A DNA stretch of 64,000 bases from Octopus vulgaris (Eukaryota), in assembly GCA_951406725.2 (NCBI GenBank), contig OX597825.1, positions 86,800,001 to 86,864,000 on the forward strand, read 5' to 3'. Below the pieces are notes generated by a model. It did not search any database. It was not told where the DNA came from and saw nothing but the letters and a program-made list of their open reading frames with translations. Made by a program: the position numbers and the translations under genes. Shown piece by piece: positions 14,793-27,897 of the stretch (its first letter is position 1; each line of letters begins with the position of its first letter).

Positions 14793-15212
14793 GGCGCAGG
14801 CGAGGCTGTGTGGTGAGAAGTTGGCTTCGAGTGGATTTGGTACACAGAAACATAATGAGACCCGTCCTATATATATGCGTTCATATATGCGCTGTGTCTG
14901 TGTTTGTCCTTGACAACCGGCGTTGGTGTGTAGATGGAAACTGAAAGAAGCCTGTCGTACACACACACACAGCATGCACGCACACACACACACACATATA
15001 TGATCAGTGACCGTGTATCTGTTTGTCCCCCAAAACCGCTTGACTATCGGTGTTGGTGTGATTACGTCCTCGTTACTTAGTGGTTCGGCAAAAGAAATGG
15101 ATCGAACAAATACCAGACTAAAAAATAATAAGTACTGGAGTCGAATTGTTCGATTAAAATTCCTCCAACATGGCTGCAGAGTAACGATAGAAGCAAGTAA
15201 AAGATGAAAGAT
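14793..15212 (+). mobile_element. SINE family A, rearranged or chimeric
   Basis: Head ggcgcaggcgaggctgtgtgg, duplicated middle part, tail gcaagtaaaaga. Confidence 0.75.
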
Positions 15213-15250
15213 ACACGTACCGTTAAAATAAGATCGTTATTCTGAAGCGA

Positions 15251-15362
15251 GGCGGCGAGCTTAGCGGTATTTCGACCCCTCACTACGTTCAGAGTTCAAA
15301 TTCCGCCGAGGTCGACTTTGCTTTCCATCCTTTTGGGGTCGATAAATTAAGTACCAGTGAAA

Positions 15363-15366
<4 letters not shown>
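15251..15366 (+). mobile_element. SINE family B, internally deleted
   Basis: ggcggcgagct..gagttcaaattccgccgaggtcgac. Confidence 0.8.
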
Positions 15367-15457
<91 letters not shown>

Positions 15458-15892
15458 CTGATGTGGCTACACTCACGACTTAAAGTATAAACTGTCAGGG
15501 GAAAATTTAAACTCCAGTCGAAATAACTTTTATGACACACGCACACATATACATACACACACGCACACGCGCACACACGCACGCATTATACAAACTCTCA
15601 TTCACATACACACAACATACAAATACACATGCACACACACATATGCACACATGCACGTACACACACGCACGCATTATACAAACACTCATTCACACACCAC
15701 ATTCACACATATATATACACACACAACAAACATATACTCACTCACTCACTCACTCACTCACGCACACACACACACAAGCACTCACACACATAAGTGACTC
15801 AAAATATATACAAGGAATCCTGTTTAAAAACGAATGATTAGAATCAAAATGTAGATTTCAGTTGTGTTTTGTACCAAAGAATAGTTCAGTAG

Positions 15893-16014
15893 ATTACATC
15901 GACACCAGTACACCACTGGTACTTATTTTATCGACCTTGAAAGGATGAAAGACAAAGTCAACTGCAACGGAATTTGAACGTGAAACGTAAAGACGGGCGA
16001 AATACAGCTAGGCA
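15893..16014 (-). mobile_element. SINE family B fragment
   Basis: ctggtacttattttatcgacc..gaaaggatgaaagacaaagtc. Confidence 0.75.
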
Positions 16015-16101
16015 TATCTATCTGTCTATGTGTCTATCTGTCTGTCTGTCAGTCTATCTAATTATCTATCTATCTTATCCTATTTTTAATTGTTTCAGTC
16101 A

Positions 16102-16103
<2 letters not shown>

Positions 16104-16136
<33 letters not shown>

Positions 16137-16265
16137 ATTTGGCTCAAAAGCAAATAGCAAGGCCATGGAGTTAAGTACAGGGTGGTGTTCATGTAAAGAG
16201 TTCAGGCCACTTGAGGTCAAGGGAGGCTTTGAACAAAGCGGTCGTCGGCATCTTCACCATCTCGT
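16104..16265 (-). mobile_element. 3' end of a CR1/L2-type LINE with (CTAA)n tail, inserted into a SINE 3' end
   Basis: Minus strand reads [24 protein letters not shown], then a UTR and (CTAA)n. SINE sequence tgtttcagtcattag / ctgcagctacgctggggcac is split around it. Confidence 0.6.
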
Positions 16266-16334
16266 CTGCAGCTACGCTGGGGCACTATGTTGAAGAATTT
16301 TGGGTGGTGTAAATATATAAATATATATAGTAAA

Positions 16335-16373
<39 letters not shown>

Positions 16374-16375
16374 GG

Positions 16376-16476
<101 letters not shown>

Positions 16477-16492
16477 CTGTATATATATATAT

Positions 16493-16882
16493 TACTCTTT
16501 TACTTTTTACTTGTTTCAGTCATTTGACTGCGGCCATGCTGGAGCACCGCCTTTAATCGAGCAACTCGACCCCGGGATTTATTCTTTATAAGCCCAGTAC
16601 TTATTATATCGGTGACTTTTGCCGAACCGCTAAGTGACGGAGACATAAGCACGCCAGCATCGGTTGTCAAGCAATGCTAGGGGGACAAACACAAACATAC
16701 ACGCACACATATATATACATATATACGACGGGCTTCTTTCAGTTTCCGTCTACCAAATCCACTCACAAGGCTTTGGTCTACCCGAGGCTATAGCAGAAGA
16801 CACTTGCCCAAGGTTCCACGCAGTGGGACCGAACCCGGAACCATATGGTTGGTAAACAAGCTACTTACCACACAGCCACTCC
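16493..16882 (-). mobile_element. SINE family A, near full length
   Basis: Reverse-complement match to 27318..27714. Confidence 0.9.
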
Positions 16883-16983
16883 ATATATGCATTTATATCT
16901 AAAAATAAAATATATATACATATGTATATATGTATATATATATACACATATATAAATATGTATATACATATATATATATATAT

Positions 16984-17056
<73 letters not shown>

Positions 17057-17062
17057 AATGAG

Positions 17063-17220
17063 AGGCTTCTTTCAGTTTCTGTCAACCAAATCAACTCACA
17101 AGGACCTTTTTAGGCCCGAGGCTATAGTAGAAGACTTGCCCAAGTTGCCATGCAGTAGGATTGAAGCCGGAACCACGTGATTGGGAAGCAAGCTTCTTAC
17201 CACAGAGCCAAGCCGGCACC
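17063..17220 (-). mobile_element. SINE family A, 5' part
   Basis: ggcttctttcagtttc..ttgcccaag..cttaccacagagcc. Confidence 0.75.
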
Positions 17221-17302
17221 CACGTAGGTAGGTATATTATATATGTGCATACAGGCCTTGAAATCTCACTGTGTATTTATTGTAAATGATCAATATGTGT
17301 CG

Positions 17303-17559
17303 ATTAGAATCTGTTCTGAGAGTTAACAGTCGAGTTGTGTTTGTTTATTGAATAAAATCTTTGAAAAGCAAGAATTTTTCATTAAGAAAATATTGATTTC
17401 TGGAGAACACATAATCAAACAAATGAAAATACTTACACAAGAATCAATCACAACAACAACAACAAAAGCGATAACAACAACAATAATTACAATAAAACAA
17501 TAACTACTTCTACAACAATAGCAATGTAAATAAACGTACATTTATAATTACTCTAAGTT

Positions 17560-17620
<61 letters not shown>

Positions 17621-18573
17621 TAATATTAATGCTAACAACAATAACAATAAAAGCGATTTGTTTTTGGTCTGAAAGGAAATATTTTAAAAATCAGAAATGT
17701 CAATAAGACGTATATTGGTAAATCAATAAAAAGGGTCGACTTATTTCTCGATGTTTCCAGTAATATTTGTAGAAATGGAAATTGAAAATAAATAAAAATA
17801 AATGAAATGAAAGAGAAGAGAAGACTTAAGATGGAGCAATAGGTCACGTTTATGTCGGTGTTTATTTAAAGAGTCTGTGGCAAGAGGGCGCTGCTATGCT
17901 GGCAGAAACGGTAATGAGTATTGAACTATGTGGTATAATGGTATCTTACACCATTCGGTTGCTGTGAGACCCACAACAATAACAACAACAACGACGACGT
18001 CAGGACTGTAATAACAACAAGAACAATCTGAATTTCAGTCTTAGCAATAACACGACCAACAACAATAACAACAACAAAAATCATATTGGTTTAAAATTTT
18101 GGACCAAGGTCAGCAATTTCGGGGGAGGGTGTACCTATTTCGTTGCCCCCCCCCCCACCACAAAAAAGATGAACGACAAAGTCGACATCGGTGCAATTCG
18201 AACATCGAGCGGAAAGACAGGCAATCTGCCCAATAGAATTTCCGGCAGTCATCGATCTGGAGCAGTTTATTGTTGCTGAAAGGAGGATTAGAATCTGTTC
18301 TGAGAGTTAACAGTCGAGTTGTGTTTGAGCTCAGAAGTTCAAGAACCGAAAGCAATGCCACTAAACAATTTGTCGGACGCACTAATGATTTTGATAGCTC
18401 AACGGCTTGGCAAGGCTAACAACAACAACAACAACAACATGACAACAACACACAACAACAATCACAACAACAACAACAAAAGCGATAACAACAACAATAA
18501 TTACAATAAAACAATAACTACTTCTACAACAATAGCAATGTAAATAAACGTACATTTATAATTACTCTAAGTT

Positions 18574-18643
<70 letters not shown>

Positions 18644-18800
18644 TAATATTAATGCTAACAACAATAACAATAAAAGCGATTTGTTTTTGGTCTGAAAGGA
18701 AATATTTTAAAAATCAGAAATGTCAATAAGACGTATATTGGTAAATCAATAAAAAGGGTCGACTTATTTCTCGATGTTTCCAGTAATATTTGTAATAATA

Positions 18801-18839
<39 letters not shown>

Positions 18840-19041
18840 TAATTATTATTATTTTTGTCGATGTTAACATCTATAATAGCGAGTAGAGCATATGAATTCT
18901 TGGACAATAGGAAGTTATTCTCAGTGGAACAAAAGGGATGTAAAATGAGTATTGAACTATGTGGTATAATGGTATCTTACACCATTCGGTTGCTGTGAGA
19001 CCCACAACAATAACAACAACAACGACGACGTCAGGACTGTA
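17303..19041 (+). repeat. Patchwork local duplication: three near-identical blocks repeated about 1 kb apart
   Basis: 17303..17343 = 18287..18327; 17446..17771 = 18460..18794; 17913..18010 = 18944..19041. Confidence 0.9.
18861..18944 (+). mobile_element. Small R4/Dong-type RT fragment
   Basis: Translates MLTSIIASRAYEFLDNRKLFSVEQKGCK (EQKGC motif); adjacent to (AAT)n. Confidence 0.6.
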
Positions 19042-19200
19042 TACTACGGAAATGAAATAAATGTGGTGATAATTTTAGCATGCATAGCAAGACAAAAGTG
19101 ACCTTGACTCTTGGCCTCCGGAAGATACCCGGTACTAAGGCAGCTGAAATTAAATTATAATGATAGGAAACCATAAATAATAATAATAATAATAATAATA

Positions 19201-19256
<56 letters not shown>

Positions 19257-19504
19257 CTCAAGGTTTAAAACAAACACAATTTTTTGGGTTTAAAAAAAAA
19301 AATGAATTTTATTTAAAAAAAAATTTTTTTTTTAGACATTCATTAGTACAACATCAAAAACTCCCCCCCACCAAATATATGGCACACTAGGCAAAACAAC
19401 AACATGAACTTCCAACCTGTTGTCTCTTGAGGTCTCTGGGTGAGACTTGGAGCCAACTTGTACAAATATAAAGCAAAACTCTAACAGAATAATAATAATA
19501 ATAA

Positions 19505-19717
19505 TTCTTTCTACTATAGGTACAAGGCTTGAAATTTGGGGTAGGGGGATAATCGATTACATCGAACCCAGTACTCAATTGGTACTTAATTTATCGATAT
19601 CCGAAAAGATGAAAAGCAAAGTCGACCTCGGCGGAATTTGAACTCAGAACGTAGCGGCAGACAAAATACTGCTAAGCATTTCGCCCAGCGTGTCTACGAT
19701 TCTGCCACTCACCGCCT
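19505..19717 (-). mobile_element. SINE family B
   Basis: gtcgacctcggcggaatttgaactcagaacg..accgcc. Confidence 0.85.
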
Positions 19718-19831
19718 TATTTTCATATTGTAATAATAATAATGATAAAAATAAAAATAATAATACTAAGAACAACAACAACAATAATATTAATAATAAT
19801 AATAATAATAATAATAATTATAATAATAATT

Positions 19832-19901
<70 letters not shown>

Positions 19902-21474
19902 TAATAATAATAATAATGAAATTAAAATACAAATATCGATGGAACTGAGTTTATATTTTCGCCAAGTTCAAAGGAATTGGTCTCGTGTTCTGTTGGATGA
20001 AAGTATTTATATCGTAAAATAATCAAAACCTTATACTCACACACGCACCCCGCCCCATGAAGGACCTTCATTTTAAAGGGAGGGACATTAATTACTGGAT
20101 TCCATTTTCACTTGCTACAGCGGTTTTATGTATTAAAACGGTTTTATTGTATATTAGGAAGAAAGGAAGAGAACGGTGTGACGTCATGGCTTTCTATGTC
20201 ACAAATGAAATGAAGCGCCATCTAGATTTAATTGATCTCCAGATCATAACTCCGAGCGTCCAATAGTTTGCCGTTCCATCAAAAGCTCTCCATATAACTT
20301 CTGATATATTCCTCATATGCCTTGTATATTATATATTGTATGTGTCATATTGTATGTCTGTTATATTATATATCTCTTTTACTCTTTTAGATGTTTCAGC
20401 CCTATGATTGTGGCCATGCTGGGGCACCGCACCGTCTAGATATAAAAACAATATACTTCTGGGAGTAAGATGCGTGTATTGTTGTGATGTTTACACCTTT
20501 CTTAACGACATCTGTGCAAAGGTCCGTCGGAAGTAAATTGGTATCAGCTCGGAATCGAAACCCTCATCGCAATCTATATTTGATGAGAATTCCGTCCTGC
20601 TCTTCTGAATACACCACGAGCGAATAATAATTATTAGAAATATTGTGTGTGAATTATAATATGACATAATTTAATTACGTAACGTGTGTGAAAGTGTGTG
20701 TGAGCATATAAATATGGTATACGATGAACGCAAAGCAGTATACAATATATGTATATATGTATGTGTGTGTGTACAAGAGGTTATTGTTCTGTTAATGTCA
20801 GTGCAAAGTACCGTGGAGGTAGTCAACGGCTTAACAGTGCCAAAGGGAACTTCGGATGTGTTAAAGTTTAGAAATGCTAAAACGAAATTGTCACCAATTT
20901 GAAGTGAAATAATTGTATCTTTCCCACCAACAACTGCACATTTCAGGATAACATGCAATCTATAATGTGATTATTTATTAATTTTCTGGTTTTGGTCAAT
21001 AACTGCGGCCATTTTAAGTACTGATTTCAGGAATTTTAATCGATCGAATTGATCCTTGTAATTATTTCGGTTCAGTGGTTATTTTATTGAATGTGATGGG
21101 AAAACCGCTAAGTCATGCTTTTTAATACAAAATAAATTTGTTACAACCAACGACATTGGGCCAAACACATTAAAAACAAGTATAAATACACACACATACA
21201 CGCACGCACACACACGCACACACATACACACACACATTCGTAAATATACTCTCTTTCTCTCATACATTGACTCACAAATACACATACATTCACACACTTA
21301 CATACAGGCAAACGAACGTATATTCATACATAGATGCGTATATAGATTTCATACACATACACATACTCCCTCTCTCTCCCCTTCTCTCTCTCTCTCTCTC
21401 CACAAATACACTCATATTCACACAAACACACGTATATACATTTCTTAATCTACTCTCTTTCTGATTCTGTCTCA

Positions 21475-21590
21475 TGTCTGTCTCTCTGTTCGTCCCTCTA
21501 TCTGTCTGTTTGTCTGTCTCTCTGTTCGTCCCTCTATCTGTCTGTTTGTCTGTCTCTCTGTTCGTCCATATGTCTGTCTGTCTGTCTCTC
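21475..21590 (+). repeat. 36-bp minisatellite, about 3 copies
   Basis: Unit tgtctgtctctctgttcgtccctctatctgtctgtt. Confidence 0.85.
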
Positions 21591-22079
21591 GCCCCCCTCT
21601 CTCTCACACGCGAACTCAGAATTATTTTTCTTCAATTATTCTTGACTAAATTCTTCTAAAGTCATCTATTTTTGTCTCAGTCTACCAAAGCACATTTCTT
21701 CGCGTCTGTTTCGCATCTCCTCACAAACGCAGCAGACCCTCTCTCACCCAACCCTTCACCATTCCTATCATTTCTTCCTCAGCACGAATTTACTCCGCAC
21801 TTTAAACCTTTCATATTCACTGCTTTTACGCGTTATTCATCCGACTTGAATACGAGGGACAATGACAATGTCTCTCATATTCGGAGATATATACGATAAA
21901 TAACCTTCCTGGGTTCTACAAAAAGATATTTCACACACACACACAATTACATATACACACACAAACAAGCACACACACACACAAAAACACACACACACAC
22001 ACACAATTACACACACCTATCTAATCTATTTATCTCTCTCTCTCTCTCACACATGCATACACCCAACGAATATTACCAT

Positions 22080-23030
22080 ACTCACTGAATAAAATTGTCC
22101 TCCAAAACTTCTTGGATTCACCATACATGTATTTCTAAAACTTTATCGAATGTTCTCTTGATACGGAGTCATTTGTAAGGAGAAGGATCTGTAATTAAGA
22201 ATTCATTCCATAGCTACGAAAATTCTTTTGAAATGTTTCCTTAGAACTATGAAATCCAAATTTAAATAGCGATATTCCTCAATGCCAATTACATTGGATT
22301 CGACTCAGTAAAACACTGGATCCTCACCAATTCCACTTGATTCATTTTATGCAACGTATATCAGCTTCTGCAATAAATCAAAAGGAGGACGCGTATATTA
22401 TTCTCTAGTTAAAGGCAACGAATTTGATTGGCTGTTTGAAAGATGTTGCAGATGTGACTGTTTGGAAGCTTATTAAGAACATGGAAGAAGTGAGGAGAAA
22501 CTGCAGAGGCGGCGAACAAAACTTTGAAAGGCACGTTTTATGCTGTACGAGATTAATAATTCTATGAAAGCATCGTAAGAGATGCATGACAACGGGATAA
22601 TTGGGAGAATTAATATTCCAAATAGAAAATTTCCTTGTTAGTTACATGAACTGCTTTGTCACATGAAATGGCTTTAGAAGCAAAATAATTTCGAGCTTAT
22701 TAAAAATATAGATGGCTATAGTACATACACCAACACATTATGCTTATTAAAACTGTCTCCATTTTTTCTCTGAAATGAATTTAATCTTTTGTTCAGGTAA
22801 TCTGTAAAAATAAGAATATCTAAGCAGAGAAAGAATTATTAAGGAACCTTAGAAACAGGTTTTTCGTATCAAGCTGACGTTTGATAAAGTTGTAGCAGTG
22901 ACATTGTTGGATCTTCGTAAATGGTCAATAATCCACATGAGGATTAAGATCCATTCCAATTATTGAGAGATTTATATCGAATATGTTTCATATCAGCCTT
23001 TTATCCGTTGATATTCCCTCAACGGATATA
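22080..23030 (-). mobile_element. Highly decayed CR1/L2-like LINE relic
   Basis: Remnants resembling WI.D.L..R.Q, VPQ, FADD (ILIFTD) and WN.L occur in the expected order, with many stops and frameshifts. Confidence 0.35.
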
Positions 23031-23964
23031 AAATATTCCAAGCGCAATCTTTTGGTTAATTGAAAGCCGACCAGGGAACATTCACGTGGAAGCTCGACCC
23101 GCTAGAAGTAGCAGGATAATACAGCGAAAATGATTACATTAGCTGATGTAGTTTTATAACCCCCAAGGATGGTCACTGTCGGCATTAGGTCTACTTCACC
23201 AAGAGTGGTCTGACGTGGAATAACAACAGCAACAACATTCTCGTTGCTCAATAATAATCGATCGATTCAACCTTTTTTAGAATAGAGAGAGATTTTCACA
23301 CAAGATGCGATGATGATGATGATTATGATGATGGTAATGATGGTGGTGGTCGTGTATCAATACATACGGTTCCTACAAATGTAACAATTCCACCAAGAAA
23401 GACTTGGGTCTTATAGTCTGAAACATCTTTATTATCCCCTCCGTTTGTGTGTGTGTCTTTGTGTGCGCGCTCCAGGACGGACACACACACACACACACTC
23501 ATACACACACACAAACACACACACATACGTATGTTTCACCTTGGGAAGTTTCAGCATAGTTTCCGTCAAGCAAATTTCAGAGACAAGGTCTTGGTCAACT
23601 GGAAATTATGAAGGAAGAGACATGCCAAATTTCTGCAGAGTGAGTTTGAACTTAGATCTATGTGGTCACGAAGTAAAGTTCTTAATTGCACAGCATTATC
23701 TGCATCCCCTTTCCACATTTGTCCCGTCTACAATGTCGACAATTTGAGGCAATTACAATGGCGAACTTTGCCAGTTTTCAAATGATTCGTTGTAGATTTT
23801 CAAACCTCAGCAAATCTTATGTTTTCTAAACCGTCAAAACACACCAATAGAGTTGATGTATGAGGGTGAGTGTGGATTGTTGGTAGTGGGAAGGTTGTGT
23901 TTTTGGGGAGGAAGGATTGGAAAAAAAAAATTGGTGGGATTCAGGGAGAGAGTGAGATAAATTA

Positions 23965-23999
<35 letters not shown>

Positions 24000-24670
24000 A
24001 GTGAATAAGAAATGGAAATGGGTGGAGGTGGTGATCAACTTGATGGGGGAGACAGGCACGTGTACTCTCATCTCGTACTCACATTTCGTACTCTTATTTC
24101 GTATCTCCCTTCCTCACTCTTCCTCCCTTCCTGTTCTTCCCTCTACTCTCTCTCCTTCACCATCCTCACTTTTCACTTCTCTACGCACACATACACATAC
24201 TAAATAAGCAACATATATTTGTCTTTATGTCTACATATATCTACACATCCATATGCTGATCTAAATACACACACACACATTCACAAAGACAAAAAAAATA
24301 TCCAAATGGCTGTATTCCCACAAACCAAGGAGCAACAATCAGAAAACACCCCCCGCATTTCACCATGCACACATACGCACACACATACAGACGTGCGTTG
24401 TATATAGGCATACGCATACATATCACCATATGTTGACGTACATTTACATGTATAATACACACACGTATATATATACACTAGTATTGTTTTATACACATTG
24501 ACACGTAGGAGCAAATCTGGAACGATACACATTTACATACGATGTACATAATACACGTACTTAAACAAGTGCTATTTACCTACATCGGTAAAAAATATAT
24601 ATTTCAAAATATTCGCTATCAAAGACGCATCACGGATCACAGTAGAATCGCGAAAACGCACTGACACACT

Positions 24671-24729
<59 letters not shown>

Positions 24730-24755
24730 AATGTATATATGCACGCATATGTATG

Positions 24756-24810
<55 letters not shown>

Positions 24811-25707
24811 GTGCACGAATGTGTAATTATATATACACACACATTGTAAAACATTCTTCAATGCTTATATAGACAAAAACATAAATAAAGCCAGAAAAAA
24901 AGTGTGAACATGACTTCTTTAGAAACGTGTAGAAACGTGTGTAAACAAACACACAGACACGCGCACACGCACAAACACATGAAAGCGAACTCGCACGTAA
25001 ACACACTTCCAGGGACACACAATATAGAGTTATAGACACACGTGTGCGTATGTGTGTGTGTATGTGTACACATAATACACAGTTACACACACACGTACAC
25101 ATGCACACACACACGTACACATACACACATAAACACACACGCACACCCAATCCCCTCACCATTTATAAACCCATAAATATGCACATCCCCCCCTCTATAC
25201 ATACACCGTCACCAAAAGTTAAGCAAAAACGGTGGAAGCAGAATTTACAAAGAAACAAAACAACTAAACAAACAAAAACAAACACAAACAAACACAAACA
25301 AACACACAGACGCACAGACATTTACACAGCAGCCGTATAAACCGAATACTGACACACACATACATATACATACATGCACGTATACGCACACATACACTCA
25401 TATACACACAAATGCATATAGTCACGCAGACAGATATACAAACACACACACACACACATATACACACACGTACATACATATTAGGTGTATATAGAAATAT
25501 AGTTTCATAAGGGATCTGTCACGAAACTTTACGCCCGCAAGTCACACCTGTAGCAATCACACCTAATAAAATATTAACCCCCCTCTCTCTCAATCAGTAC
25601 ACACACACGCACACACGCACACACGCACACACGCCTTCATCTCTGTATTTATGCATACATCTATACGCATATATGTATTCATGCATATATACATATATAC
25701 ACATGTA

Positions 25708-25741
<34 letters not shown>

Positions 25742-25847
25742 CGTATATGTGTGTGTGTGTGTGTATGAGAATGTGTGTGTGTATAAATATATATATTATG
25801 TATATATTTATATATATATATATATAAATATACACACAGACACAAAA

Positions 25848-26078
25848 GGCGGCGACCTGGCAGAAACGTTAGCACGCCGGGCGAAATGCATAGCCGTGTT
25901 TCGTCTGCCGTTACGTTCTGAGTTCAAATTCCGCCGGGGTCGACTTTGCCTTTCATCCTTTCGGGGTCGATAAATTAAGTACCATTTTCGCACTGGAGTC
26001 GACGTAATCGACTTAATCCCCTTGCCTGTCCTTGTTTGTCCCCTCTGTGTTTAGCCCCTTGTGGGTAGTAAAGAAATA
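25848..26078 (+). mobile_element. Full-length tRNA-derived SINE, family B (~230 bp)
   Basis: ggcggcgacctggcagaaacgttagc..gagttcaaattccgcc..gtcgactttgcctttcatcctttcggggtcg..gtgggtagtaaagaaata. Confidence 0.9.
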
Positions 26079-26166
26079 TATACACACATACACAGCAGCA
26101 TACTTTTGTATATATATGTAATGATATACATTCACAAACATACACTAAAAAGTTTTATGCCCTAAA

Positions 26167-26212
<46 letters not shown>

Positions 26213-26430
26213 GAGATACACATATACTGACACATTATGCTCACTTCTTGATGCATGCATAATGCACACAGACACACACACATATGTATACATGCATACA
26301 TACATATACATACACACATATACACGTATGTGTATTTACATATATTTATAGGCGCAAATAGCCGCACTCATATTAAGATAGGCACAAAGCAAATCACACA
26401 CACACAAACACGCACAGGTATATATATATA

Positions 26431-27102
26431 TTTGTGTCCCCAGCCGTTCCCACACACCACATGGGCTTTCCCCACTCTCGCCACCCCACCTGCCCACAAC
26501 ATCACACCACACTACACTAGACCATACGACATTACACATCACATCACAGCACACCGCCCACATTACACATCACATCACAACACACCACCCACAGCACACT
26601 GCCCACACACCCATCCCCACATCTTTACACCCACACATACATACACATATCATATCACAACACACCACCCACACACCCATCCCCATATCTCCACACCCAC
26701 ACATACATACATACACACGTCCAGACCACTAGCCCTCTTTCAGACGCACATACATACTCTCTTATACACACACGCACCTTCGTGTTGGGGCCACCTTCGT
26801 TTTGGAAGTCACTTGACCCTGCTATCTCCCCTACTATCTCTCTAGCGTCTAACGTCTGACCTCTGACCTCTGATCTCTGCCTGAAGTCAGAACGCCATGA
26901 TAGACCGTTTGCTCCTACACGCATTTTTTTCTCTCCTTGTTTCTCCCCTTGTTTCTTTTCTGTGTATCTTTCTGTCGAAGAGCGTAGGCTCGAAACGTAA
27001 AAGACTTGTTCTATTTCTATTCCTGAGCGCCATACTAATACATTTGTTTGTTTGTACTCCACCTGCCTTCGTCTTCTGTTTATTTTCGTAAACCTTCCCG
27101 TT
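26431..27102 (+). mobile_element. Probable PLE-derived non-coding 3' end / pLTR with minimal HHR-like motif
   Basis: AC-rich leader, pyrimidine-rich segment, HHR-like motif at 26967, ending in (AT)n. The 3' part recurs at 27725..27828. Confidence 0.55.
26967..27004 (+). ncRNA. Minimal hammerhead-like motif (variant core)
   Basis: TCTTT-CTGTCGA-A-GAGC(gtag)GCTC-GAAA-CG-TA-AAAGA: 5-bp stem I, 4-bp stem II, palindromic ACGT stem III; A6 is replaced by U. Confidence 0.6.
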
Positions 27103-27119
27103 ATATATATATATGTATT

Positions 27120-27164
<45 letters not shown>

Positions 27165-27197
27165 GTGTGTGAATATATGTATATATATATATAAATG

Positions 27198-27276
<79 letters not shown>

Positions 27277-27286
27277 ATATATACAT

Positions 27287-27317
<31 letters not shown>

Positions 27318-27318
<1 letters not shown>

Positions 27319-27714
27319 GCGCAGGAGTGGCTGTGTGGTAAGTAGCTTTCTTACCAACAACATGGTTCCGGGTTCAGTCTCACTGCGTGGCACCTTGGGC
27401 AAGTGTCTTCTGCTATAGCCCCTGGTAGACCAAAGCTTTGTGAGTGGATTTGGTAGACGGAAACTGAAAGAAGCCTGTCGTATACATGAGTGTGTGTATG
27501 TTTGTGTGTCTGTGTTTGTTCCACCCCCCCAGCATCACTTGACAACCGTTGGCGTTGTGTTTACGTCGCCGTAACATAGCGGTTCGGCGAAAGAAGCGAT
27601 AGAATAACGTACTAGGCTTACAAAGAATAAGTCCTGGGGTCGATTTGCTCGACTAAAGGCGGTGCTCCACGATGGCCGCAGTCAAATGACTGAAGCAAGT
27701 AAAAGAGTAAAAGA
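27318..27714 (+). mobile_element. Full-length tRNA-derived SINE, family A (~400 bp, octopus OK/OR-like)
   Basis: Head ggcgcaggagtggctgtgtggtaag with B-box-like gggttcagtctc; body ccttgggcaagtgtc; tail gtaaaaga repeats. Confidence 0.9.
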
Positions 27715-27724
27715 ATATATATAT

Positions 27725-27825
27725 TCGAAACGTGAAAGACTTTTTCTATTCCTGAGTGCCATACTAATACATTTGTTTGTTCGTACTCCACCTGCCTTCG
27801 TCTTTTGTTTATTTTCGTAAACTTT

Positions 27826-27828
<3 letters not shown>
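27725..27828 (+). repeat. Second, shorter copy of the 3' end of the 26431..27102 element
   Basis: tcgaaacgtgaaagac...ccatactaatacatttgtttg...ttttcgtaaac matches about 26990..27098; followed by (TA)n. Confidence 0.8.

Positions 27829-27896
<68 letters not shown>

Positions 27897-27897
<1 letters not shown>

Noticed and set aside
17874-17895. CTCF-like motif tggcaagagggcgctg
   Set aside because: Only the 3' half matches the consensus; not supportable without a PWM scan or ChIP data.
17303-19041. CRISPR-like repeat/spacer interpretation of the repeated blocks
   Set aside because: Only two copies of each block, unequal lengths, eukaryotic context and no cas genes.
27318-27390. tRNA-like sequences at SINE heads
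   Set aside because: A/B-box remnants continue into SINE bodies; no complete cloverleaf is evident.
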